Source of the DNA: Azolla caroliniana
Taxonomy: Eukaryota > Plantae > Polypodiophyta
Assembly: GCA_043228905.1 (NCBI GenBank)
Contig: JBHGNT010000005.1
Coordinates: forward strand, 20,150,001-20,214,000
Length of the DNA stretch: 64,000 nucleotides
Direction of reading: 5' to 3'
The notes beneath the pieces are model-generated. The model made no database searches and was not told the origin of the DNA. It saw only the letters and a program-made list of their open reading frames with translations. Positions within the stretch are counted from its first letter, which is position 1. The number at the start of each line of letters is the position of its first letter. This document shows, piece by piece, positions 53,101 to 64,000 of this stretch. The position numbers and the translations under genes are program-made.

Positions 53101-54400
53101 TAAAAGACAATGTGCCAGTTGTACAGACACCCTATTATGAATCCTTGACCATATGATGTCCCTTTTAATCAAATCATCCGTAGAAAAAGGTCTAGCTTTC
53201 AACAAAGTCTCATAATAATCAGAGGCTATTTGCCTCATCTGACTAGAATCCGTGGTATAAGAGCCGTCCTGACATTTTAACTGAGAAATCCTAACAGTTG
53301 TCTTATGATGATTATACACTGCAAAGAATAGTTTATTGACTTTATCTCCTGACTCTACCCATGTAGATGATATATTATGATAATTAAAATCCATTGAAAT
53401 CTTTTGTAATTCCAATATCTGGTTCCCTAATTGTATCACTCAGGAATTTATATACCTCGAATATGGTCTTCTCTCTTGTAGATGTTGCAAGGATCTTAAT
53501 CCCCTACGAAGTCTTCCTATTTTAGTACAAGACTCATAAAATACTTGTTTAGCTTTACAGTGCAAAAATTGTTGTGTTTTGCTAATAGCCTTTTGAACAC
53601 TAAATAATGCATAATCATATGAGTAGTCATATTTATTCCAAATATTATGCACAATAGGAACCCAATCTTGGCTAAGAAACACATGATTCAGAATTCTAAA
53701 CCTAGAATTTCTATGCTGCTCCTACAAGACTATAACTAAACGAAGTGGTGCATGATCAGAAAAGGAAAATGAAGGTAAGATTATAATTGAACCTCCTTTA
53801 TCCCATAAAAACTTATCCGCATAAAATCTATCTAACCTAGATAAATTGGTATGTGATTGTTTCTATCCGATCGTGAATAAGCTAAGGAATCTTGCATCCC
53901 TACAAAAGAAGACACAAGCCACAAGTCCATTAAACCTAAAGAAAAGATCAACCATTCCCATTCGTATAATTCTGAACCAAATAATGGTTGTGATGTGCCT
54001 CCTAACCCATCACACCCATCCTCCAACATATTAAAGTCACCTACAATTGCCCAATGTTCAACAACTGGTAATTGTGGCATTATGCTCTTCCATAATGTCG
54101 TTCTATCTCTTGCATGATTCGGTGCATAAATATTCAACAAACCCCACTTCTTTGAACCAATCTCAAGAATTATATAAAGACCCCTACCACAAGCCAAAAC
54201 TCCGTAATGTGAGAAAAAGGACCACCAAATATTGCTTATTGCAATGCAAAGACCTGCTTTTAAACTATTATCCCCAGTTGCAAGCACCTAGAATTGTTTC
54301 CATTGGCTTGGCAACAAATTTCCATATTTTTGAATTCTTTGTTCATTTAAATGATGCTCTTGAATAAGAAGAACATCAATCCTACCTATCAAAGATTTCC
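50144..54400 (-). mobile_element. Degenerate L1-clade LINE ORF2 (endonuclease, RT, C-terminal zinc finger)
   Basis: NIYAPNH, GDFNM, SDHAP; WRPITLLNVIYKILAK, LDFEKAYDRVDW, GCPLAPFLF, YLG; CG...ESLHHVFWEC. Multiple frameshifts. Confidence 0.92.
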
Positions 54401-54559
54401 TTAGCACGCATGTAGCCAAATCAATCCTTTGTGCCACCCTTTTGGCACACATGTAGCCAAATCAATCCAAATGGGTCTCTATGTATCCACTATAAATTGA
54501 GCAAGAAGTAAGAAGCAAGGCAAGCTACTTGGGGGTTCTCTCTATGTGCATTTCACATA

Positions 54560-55160
54560 TTGTTGGAGAAGCGGGGCAAGATCTCAACTGCTTGCCTACC
54601 GCCTTGTTCATGGCATCCCAACTCCATCTCATGGCCTAGGAAGGCGATACCCCTATGCAACCCAAGTTCCCACAACCTCATGAGTGCCCCACAATTCCAA
54701 ATGGAGCAGCCCCTGCAAGTCCTCTCTAATGCCATGATTCAAATCAACCACATGAATAAGGCTATACTCTCTTTCCTTGCTGCCAACTCCGAGCAGTTTC
54801 ATGATCGGTCTAATTCCAAGGTCCACGCAAAGACCTTCTCCGGCTTGCCCAAAGGTCCTCTAAGGACGTATTAGCTTGACTGAACCACTTCTCTAGTTCC
54901 ACCAATGATCTGATGCTCGCAAAGCCTTGGAAGTTCTCACCCTCCTAGAGAACGTTGGCGCTACCAGGTTCGTGCAACAAGCAAGTGAAGTGAAAGGGAA
55001 TTGGGAGATCCTTCAGGCTCTCCTTGTGCAAAACATTGCACATCAAAATTCAGCCCAAACGGTGTTACAACAGTGCGAGACGTTGCAACAAGAAGCGTGC
55101 CAAGAAATAGTGAGGCAATTTGATGTTCGCTTAAATTAAATCCTTGTTCGTGCTAGTCCT
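54560..55160 (+). mobile_element. Ty3/gypsy gag-like fragment
   Basis: KTFSGLP..., ..LNHF and WEILQALLVQNIAHQN resemble retrotransposon gag; weak similarity. Confidence 0.45.
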
Positions 55161-57562
55161 ACTATGCCGATCCTTTTAGAAATGTTTGGTGAATCAATAT
55201 TGTTTGGATATGGTTAGAAATAATCTTTCAATTTCTCCACACATTTCTACACATTAGTTTGTATGGATGCAATTATGAATAAATGAACTTAGTGGATCAC
55301 CACTTTATGATCCTAGTGACAAACACAAATAAAGAAATCAATTATCCTCAAGAAATGGCTTCATGAATACTATAAAACCATTCGTTTTGAAAATGAAATT
55401 TAATTATTAAAAATGATTTAATTAAGTTAAAAACAATTATAGACCAATCACTCATTGATAGATTATAGAAATATAATTACTTTTAGTCAGAAGTCCCCTT
55501 TTTAGTGTCTAATAAAAATATCCACAAAATCAAGGGAATTAAAAAGTGGGGAGTTTATGAACAATTATATTGTCATATATGTATGGCGTGGCAGTTTTTG
55601 AACCAAACTTATTGTTTGCCAAGATTCATAAACGGTTAGTTCAAGTATGAACCAAGAACCTAGACAATGTAATAGAATGCTATAAATAGAGATGAAAACC
55701 ATGAAGTTGAGGCAAAGGTTATTTTGGGAAATCATTCTGAGCATATTACATTGGTGGAGATGACATGCAACCAGCCACTAGCCACTCAACACAAAGCAAT
55801 GGCCGCCAAGCAACAACCACCAACAGTTGCCATATTTCTCAGGCATATTCTAGAGATATTCAATCTCGGAACTTGTATAAATATGTGCGTTCACCCACAT
55901 TACAATCAAGGTGAGCAACACCAGTTACGGAGTTGGGGTTGTTTACCTTGATCGTAATCTAGGTAAACACACATATTTATACAAGTTCTAAGATTGAATA
56001 TCTCTAGAATATACTTAAGAAATATCTCTAGAATATACCCAGGAATTATCTCTAGAATATTATCATCTAGAATATACCATAGAACATTCCTAGAATATAC
56101 TAAAGACTAGAATATTCTATACGTTAGACTATACAATATTAAGTATATACAACTCATATATAACTTAAGTGTTTCCAAATGGTTTATCTAATGCTAAGTA
56201 TTGGGTGTGTTATAGGTCAGAGGTTCGAGTCTAGATGGGACATTATCCTCCCTCCCATGCCATCTTCCCAAACCCGTCGCCGGTTTGTGGGGATATCGGA
56301 GATGAAAATCTTAAACCACATCCGGGACATTTTGTAAATTCTTCAGACAGGGGGTAACCCTTCCACAAGACGAGGTATTGCAGGTGTGGATGATGCAACC
56401 GTGAGTCAAGTATTTGGTCGTCCACGTATTCCTTGCCTGTCGTCAACCACACAGATAGTGGTGGGGTGGCCTGACATCGTATGAGTTGTGACACATAATT
56501 GGGTTCGAGGAGGGAGACATTAAGAACATCATAAATACGAAAGTGGGATGGAAGGGCCAACTGGAAGGCGAAGGGATTGATGCGTTCAACTATATGGAAT
56601 GGCCCCATCTTCTTGTAATCAAGTTTCACACATGGACGAGTAGTAGAGATGTGCCATTGTAACAACCAGACCATGTCACCGACGACAAAGAGTGGATTGA
56701 CAAAGCGATGGCGATCAACATGACGAAGCTCCAAGGATAAGTCATGATGTAGCTCTTCCAAAATGCGGGCTCGACCTTCTACAAAAGGGTTCACAGAAGT
56801 GGTAGGGAGGGAAATGTTGAAGCGAGGATGTAAAACATAGTTTGCAAAGAAGGGCGTGATGACAATCGATGCATGGAGAGAATTATCATAGGTGAATTCT
56901 GCTAGTGAAAGTAAGTTGATCCAATCCTCTTGTTGGTAACTAACTGAGAACCGAAGATACTGCTTAAGAATTTGTTTGACGTGCTCCGTCTGACTGTCAG
57001 TTTGAGGGTGATAGGCGAAGGAAAACTTGACGAAGATGCCTAAAGTGTGCAACATGTGTTGCCAGAAGTGCAAGACAAACTAGGGTCCGCGATCAAAGAT
57101 GACATCGTCGGGGAGGCCATGCAAATGAACCACATTGTTGAGGAGTATATGCATCATTCCTTCTCCGGAAATGGTTTTTGAGCATGGAGTGAAGTGAGCC
57201 ATCTTTGTAAACCGATCAACAATGACCAACACCGAGTCATAGCTATTGACCAAGCATAGATCGGTTATGAGGTTCATAGAGATAGAGGCCCAGGGACGAC
57301 TAGGGCATGGAAGCGTCTGGAGTAAGCTGTATGGCCGATGATGAGCAACTTTGTAGCGAGCACAATTTTTGCACCTCCAAAGTGACCCACAAGGGGGTCA
57401 TTGTGGCATTCCCGCAACACCCAGGTGCGATAGGCCCTCTGAGAAGTATCAGAGATGATCTCGTAATAACAAACCATCTTGCATGGTGAAGTGGTCAAGG
57501 TTTGTCCTTCTAGGCGTCTTAGAGCAGTTTTGCAGACTATCTCGAATCTCGTTGGCGAATGC

Positions 57563-59902
57563 TGTTACCGGCCGACAAAGGAGTCCAGAGTGGGAAACGG
57601 AGAGCTAATTAAGTAGTAGGAATGTGGTTGTAACTAAGCTATGAGTGTGGACGGACGGACCGGAATCGGTATGCCGTTCCGGATCCGGACCGATCCCGAA
57701 CAGGTGCGGATGGCACCGTTTTGTAATACAGACCGGAAACCTATTTAAAGGCCCGGATACAATGCGATAGGTAGCGGTTAATTAATGAAAGCTTAAGCGT
57801 TGTTATCTCTCTGTGTTAATTGTCGTTCTGTCTTAATTGTTATATCTTACGCGTGTTATGAAAGACGATCCTCGTTGAAGTCTAATCCGGTTGCCGTAAC
57901 ACCCTTTGGTGAAGTGTCTCACGTAGACACCCTGTGTTAGGCCATTGTCCGGCCCGAAGAGTTAACACAGTTTTTGGCGACCACGATGGGATCAGGTCAC
58001 GACAGAGATGGCCAAAATACAGATCCAATCACTGGTGACTCCAATAAGTGTACAGAATAAAGAAACGGAACGACCTGTACATAGCAATAAGACCCCGGCA
58101 ACAGAAACCATTTCGGCGAGAGATGCGGCGCAAGCTCGGGAGCTTGCGGAATTGAGAGAGGAGCTTGCCGCACAAGAAGCGCTAAGGAGCCGTGAATGAG
58201 AATTGAAGACGGCGGCCGAAGCCGAATTAAAGAAGACTGCTGAGAACCTCCGCCGGGCAGAGGAGAGCCTCCGGAAAGGCCATCAAGCGTATGACCGGCT
58301 AAAGGAGGAGAAAGACAAAGTCCTGCAGGAAAAGGACAAGCTGTGGAAAACGGCGGAAACAGAGATTGAACGGCTAAAGGAAGAGCTCCGCTAGCAGAAG
58401 GACTGCGAGGACCGGGGCCGTCGTCAGATCAACGCACGGCTCAAGCAAAAGACGGATGATTTTGAGCACCTGCACCGGGACTACAAACGGCTGGAAACGG
58501 AGCATAAAGAACGGATGGCCGAGCTCCAGCAGGTAGTTGATCGGGCCGCGACGGCGATCGCCGACGAACGGGCGGAAAATACAAGACGCTTAGAAGAGGC
58601 GGAGAAGGTCCGGATGGAGCTCCAGAGGCAGCAGCAGGAAGACAAAGAGAGAGCGTCAACAGTATTGCAGAAATTACAAAGTACATATCAAAGGCAATTG
58701 ACGCATTACAAGGCGCAGGCGGAGGACAACGTCAAAATCATCAAACAACTGAAGGAGGAACGGCAAGCGGCGGAAACCAAATCACAATTGGGAACGAGCC
58801 GGATTCAGTCCATCCTCCGGGCATGGCTGAATCAGACGAAACACTTGATTGATGAAAGCTCCGTAAAATGGTGGACAAAGTGGGCACAAAATGCGGCGGA
58901 ACTCCAGTTGCTACGGGCGGATGTGGCAAACCGGCGGAAGGTAGGAGATGACTGTTATACGTTGACTTCCGAAGACTTCACCGCCATACGGGACGAGCTA
59001 GCCGACAACTTCCAAGTCCTGGCAGATGAACAGCTGGCGCAGGTCAGGCAGCTCGTAGCTCAGCTGGACGATGATAGGTTGGACGCTCAAATCCAGTTTG
59101 AAAGCTACGAGCGGTCCTAGGTGCGGGAAGAAAAAGCACGGGAAGCGACAACGGTTAACCTTAGTGATGAGGAACCATCGCCGGCTGAGGGCCAGCCGGG
59201 AACCAGTCAACCGGAGACCACTACGATGCAGGGAGCAACGATGGAGACGCCAGTGTCAGAGCCACAAACGGAGGAGCAGCCGCAACAACCACCAACGGAC
59301 CCGCCGCAGCAGACAACAACAAAGCAACAACAACAGCAACAACAACAACCACTTCCAGATGAACCATTGGAGCCTCTCGAACAAAGCATTCTAGACATTT
59401 TGGACGAAGAATAGCAAGGGTCAGTTGTGGATTCGACATACAAGGTACTGTCCCACGGGCGTGCCATGTGTTACCGGCCGACAAAGGAGTCCAGAGTGGG
59501 AAACGGAGAGCTAATTAAGTAGTAGGAATGTGGTTGTAACTAAGCTATGAGTGTGGACGGACGGACCGGAATCGGTATGCCGTTCCGGAGCCGGACCGAT
59601 CCCGAACAGGCGCGGATGGCACCGTTTTGTAATACAGACCAGAAACCTATTTAAAGGCCCGGATACAATGTAATAGTTAGCGGTTAATTAATGAAAGCTT
59701 AAGCGTTGTTATCTCTCTGTGTTAATTGTCGTTCTGTCTTAATTGTTATATCTTACGCGTGTTATGAAAGACGATCCTAATAAGTAACTTAACTAAGTTG
59801 GATTAAGCGTTGAAGTCTAATCCGGTTGCCGTAACACCCTTTGGTGAAGTGTCTCACGTAGACACCCTGTGTTAGGCCATTGTCCGGCCCGAAGAGTTAA
59901 CA
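57563..59902 (+). mobile_element. Small non-autonomous LTR element; LTRs 57563-57967 and 59469-59902; TSD AATGC; tRNA-Arg-type sites at both internal ends, no PPT
   Basis: TGTTACC...GTTAACA direct repeats differing by a 29-bp indel and a few SNPs. PBS TGGCGACCACGATGGGA at 57975; GTCCCACGGGCGTGCCA at 59450-59466. Confidence 0.93.
58008..59414 (+). pseudogene. Single 468-codon coiled-coil ORF of the small LTR element, with 3 in-frame stops
   Basis: ORFs 58008, 58203, 58515 and 59121 share one frame. Stops TGA, TAG, TAG are each explained by C>T (CGA, CAG, CAG). E/K/R/Q-rich helical protein with a Q/P/T-rich tail. Confidence 0.8.
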
Positions 59903-60454
59903 AATGCATTGGTTGTGGATGCATCGGTGATCTGTCGGAGTAACGAATCATCCTGCAACATAAAGTGGCAAAAAGATGCAATTGATCGGGTTTCAGCAAA
60001 CAACGAGATTGTTGAGCATGAGCAGCATCCCCCGAGCAGATGGAAAATTCGGCACGACGAGAAAGAGCATTGGCCTTCCCATGTTGGCCACCGGGTCGAA
60101 ATACGATCTCAAAATCATAGTAAGCGAGAAATTTCGACTAGCGAGCCTACCTTCCATTCAAAGTACGAGTAGTGGAAAAAATAAATAAATTCTTACGATC
60201 AGTCACTACCTGGACACGGTGTTGTGCTCTGGCCAAATAAGGGTGCCATTCTTGAAAGGCAACAATGATAGCAACAAGCTCCTTGTCGTATATTGCATAA
60301 TTGATTTCATATGCTATGAATTTGTGGGAGTAGTAAGCCACTGGGTGCATGATATTGGAGTCATCGACCTAATATAAAATGGTGCCAATGGCAAAGTCAA
60401 AGGCATCAATTTCTACCTGGAAGGGTCATGTGGGGTCAGCATGTAGAAGCACGT

Positions 60455-60926
60455 TGTCGCGTTGTTACACACGTGCGTATAGAACGAGGTGGGACCACGG
60501 GGGTCTTGGAACGAGGAATAACCAATCAGGAGTAGGAGCAAGAAGGACAACGACCGTGCTTCCACACACACACACACACACACACAGAAACCGCAACCGA
60601 ATGAAACAACGGAAACGAGACGAATGCGTATATGTATATATATATTCTGATGAAAAAGGGGTTACAACTGGTAGGCTGGTGAGTGACAATATCCTACGCC
60701 TACACGCACGCACATAGAAGAGCGAGATGGAGACTCTACCGGAAGCACTCGGGCGTTCCGCGGAGCAGAGTCAGCCTCCCGAAAACCTGAACAGAGCAAA
60801 GACAGAGAAAGACGGAGGAGAAGAGCTCGGTCCTAGTCCGATAGCACTTCGTCCTCGACAAAAGCGATCCCTTTTACGATTCCTCTCCCTCTCTTTTATA
60901 GCCCAAGGAGGGAGGCCGTTACAACT
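60455..60926 (-). mobile_element. Gypsy-type LTR related to the 26963 family, interrupted at 60927
   Basis: Starts TGTCGCGTTGTTAC; shares GGACCACGGGG and CTTTTATAG..CAAGGAG..CCGTTACAA blocks. Confidence 0.75.
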
Positions 60927-63900
60927 TGTTACCTCACCTTTATTCTCTGTCCTTTCGGACGGAGATATGTGTTATATGTTTTATGGTTAGGGTATGATAA
61001 TGATAAAGATAGGAATAGGGCTAGCAATGATGGTAGATTGATAATGAATGTGTGATGATGAGAGAGGGCGTGAAGAACAAGACAACCATTGAGGGGTGGG
61101 GGGTGGTGCCTAGAATGGCTCCACCCCCCTCCCAAGGGGGTTCAACGTTAAGGGGAGAGAGAGGAAGAGAGATGACAAAGAGAGAGAGAGAGAGATTAAG
61201 AGAGAAATGTTCATTCATGTTTCATTCATTCCCCATAAGGGGTTAAATAGGTACAAAGGGGTAGATCCACAAGGGTGCAAGCCCCCTTGGCATTCACACC
61301 TAGTCACTCACTCACACCTCTTTGTATCTACCACACTCACACTTACATTCACACTCATAATTTTATAAAATCACACATACATATCAACACATTACATCTT
61401 TCACCCTCACTTATCACATTTATCAATCACCCGTACATCTCGTACGGTAACACAATATGGCACGCCCGTGGGAGAGTGCCTTGCACGTCGATCCCACATG
61501 CCTTGATCATAATTTTTCTTCGACCGGAATTTCCATCGGTCCTCTCAACAATCGACTCCCTCGATCAGAGCGCTTGACTCGAACATCTCCGTCGGTCAGT
61601 GACTCTTCTGTGACACGAACATTCTTGTTCTGTCGACTTACGAACTTTGGTAACATCAACGATCGACTCCCTCGATCGGAGCGCTTGACTTGAACATCTC
61701 CGTCGGTCAGCGAATCTTCATCAGTTCACGAACTTCGGTAACATCATTTGGGTTGTCAAAAAAATGTTGTATGTATGTGTGTTCCTTTTGTTCATTTTGT
61801 GAGTTGTGTGTCGATCGCGTCCATTTCTTTTAGGTTGATGAGTTTTCAAATTTTCGTAGGTGCCCTTTGATTTTTAAAATTTGTATTATATACCCTCGAG
61901 TTTTGAAAATTTCATTCAGTACCCCCAGGTTTCTGAAATTTTAGATTGCTAACCTCAACATTTAAAATTTCTTCAGGTGCCCCTTATCATTCTCTTTTTC
62001 CCTCTTTTTTTCTTTTCTTGTTTCCTTCTTTTTTTTCTCTTACTTCTTGTTTTCTTCTTCTTCAACGTCTCTTCCTCTATGTTTTCTATTTCTTCTTCCC
62101 TTTCTCTATTTCTTTCCTTCATCTCCGTTTTCTGTTTCTTCTTCCTTCTTTCACCACCGCTATGTCCGTTGTCCGTGCCTATCACGCTTTGTTCTTGTGT
62201 GTCGTTGCGTCTATACGGCCTTCTCGGTTCATCTCCGTCTCTGTCTCTATTTTCGTTTCTGTTTTCGTCTCTGGCTTCGTCGCCGTCACCATCACTGTTG
62301 TCATCACCATCACCATCACCATCTGTCGTCCTTGTTTGTCCGTCACTGTCGTTTGTCGGTTAGTCCTCGTCCAGCGTTGTCTATCTGTGTCTCTGACTCT
62401 GTCTGGTCCGTCTGTCAGAACTGGCCGTTATTGTCTTTCCGGCCCTCCAACCACTATTCGGTTGTCCGGTCTGTCGTTTCAACATCATCACTGTTCCGGC
62501 CATCGGCTGTCCGGCCATTCCTGTCACTTTTTTGCGTGGTGTCGCCGTTCTGGTTGTTGTCCAGCCGCTTCGGCTGTCTGTCCGGTTGCTAATTTTTGCT
62601 GCCGCTGGTTGTCCGTGTCCGACCCTATCTCCTGGTCCTCCGTTCGTTTGTCTGGCCCATCCGGTCCGGCCATCTTCGTCGCTAATTTTTCGCCGCCGCC
62701 GCTGATTATTTGCTGCCACTCCGGTCGTTGTTCAGCTACTATCCCAACCATTTGTCCGTTGTCTTCCGGTCGTACGTTCGGTCCGTCCTCCCGGCCGCCT
62801 GTCTGCTTCCCCAGCCTTGTCCGACCCTCCGGCCACTCCGGCTGCTACTGCCACTGTCCGGTTATTCCGATCGATTTTCGGCCCTTCCGACCGCTCTTTC
62901 CACTCTTCGGCCGAAACTCTCCTGTTGCGGCCGCTACTTCGTTGGGTTTTATGGTCGTCTCCGTCGACCGGCCGTCGTCAAGCGTCGTCGTCCGGCTGTC
63001 GTACCGGCATTTGTCCGGTCGTCGGCTGTTGTTTAGCCACTAACCGGCTACTCCAACCGCTCCGACTGTTGTCCGGCTGCTCTTCAGCCGTTGTCCAACG
63101 TCGTCCGGTCTGGCCGCCTCCTTTCCGGCGCCGTTTAGCCACTACGACCGCTCTTCGGTCGCTCTCCAGCCGGCGCTTCTCCAGCCTCTCCTCTATCGAT
63201 ATCGTTGTTCTAGCCATCAAGCTGTCTTAGTTCGGCTCGTTCCGGTCCGTACCGGCCGGTTTTCTGGCAGTTGGTTCGGCTGCTCCCATCTTTGTTCATC
63301 TTCTCATGCCATTGGTCATTCTTTCCACCGCCCTTTCTCTTTGTCACCATCATCTCTGGCGGACCCTTCATTTTTTTCGTCTTGTTGTCCGGTCCTCCTT
63401 GTTCTTCTTTGGTGTTCTCCCGTCTTCTCCTTCTATTTGTTGTTGATGATTTTAGCAATGGTGACCCTAATGATTATGATTACAACGAAAAGTGACCGCA
63501 CATTCTAATTCCTTCATATGCATCATCTTGGAGATCATGTTTTATGAACAAACTATGCTTATTATGAGTGCCACCATGATATGAATCATGCTCACATGCA
63601 TTATGGTGGTTAATATAGCTGTTAGTATCAGGGTTAGTATAAGGGCCAGAGGCACACACTTAGGGTTAGTACACGAAGAGTTTGGGCTAAACTTATAAGG
63701 CCCATGGGTGTAGGAGAAACTAGGGCTAGGGTATCTAGTGCAAGGAATGGTAGAGGAATTAGGGTTAGGAAAACAAGAACAGAAAATGGGGTTAGGGTTA
63801 CAGGAGTTGTGATTATCCAAAGACCAAAAATGATGAGAATGATGATGATAATGCTCGGAGACATCATCAATCTACCATTTTCATCATTTCTTGTACATTG

Positions 63901-64000
63901 TCAATTTGATTTCTTGCTCTCTCGCACATACTTCTACCGCATATCATTCCGTAAGTTCCACTCGCACATCATACTGCCGCGGATCATTCGTCGACTCTAT
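60927..64000 (-). mobile_element. LTR element related to the 57563 family: LTR 60927-61452, tRNA-Arg-like site 61458-61498, low-complexity internal region running off the window
   Basis: On the minus strand the LTR reads TGTTACCG...GAGGTAACA with a CCTATTTAA TATA box. The adjacent junction is homologous to 59415-59468. Confidence 0.75.

Larger units (their letters stand above)
55930..60454 (-). mobile_element. Decayed chromovirus Ty3/gypsy (RNase H, integrase, chromodomain, PPT, 3' LTR from 56242 leftward), hosting two later insertions
   Basis: HPVAYYS..EINYAIYDKEL, VIVDRFTKMAHF, YHPQTDSQTE, KLDYKKMGPF, chromodomain EYVDDQILDSR..QYLVLWKGY; PPT GGGAGGGAGG before TGTCCCATC. Confidence 0.88.

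Noticed and set aside
59425-59466. tRNA-Arg gene
   Set aside because: Only the T-arm and 3' acceptor strand are present; there is no D arm, anticodon arm or A box, and CCA is encoded. Treated as an element cis-site instead.
61946-63043. 365-aa plus-strand ORF as a protein gene
   Set aside because: Low-complexity, A-poor sequence that avoids stops by composition; no domain signal.

Overview
Land-plant nuclear DNA (non-seed plant, probably a fern; inferred from the TE lineages and PLS-class PPR relics), dominated by nested transposons. Host content: one intact 3-exon cellulose synthase-like D gene (minus strand, about 1021 aa, no N-terminal zinc finger), an intact U6 snRNA gene with USE+TATA Pol III promoter, a decayed U6 duplicate and a TE-shattered PPR pseudogene. 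Mobile content: an intact, very young Tork/Tnt1-like Ty1/copia (40392-45749, LTRs identical by eye), three decayed copia elements, three solo LTRs with TSDs, a degenerate L1 LINE, a chromodomain Ty3/gypsy relic, a gag-only LTR element (tRNA-Trp PBS, 4-bp TSD) and a hAT MITE nested in another hAT MITE. Top observation: a small LTR family (57563-59902, plus a diverged relative from 60927) has no polypurine tract. Instead a tRNA-Arg 3'-end copy ending in CCA lies just before its 3' LTR. The complete copy therefore has inward-facing tRNA primer sites on both strands, flanking a single coiled-coil ORF. All coordinates and alignments were read by eye; tRNA assignments are from recalled plant tRNA sequences.
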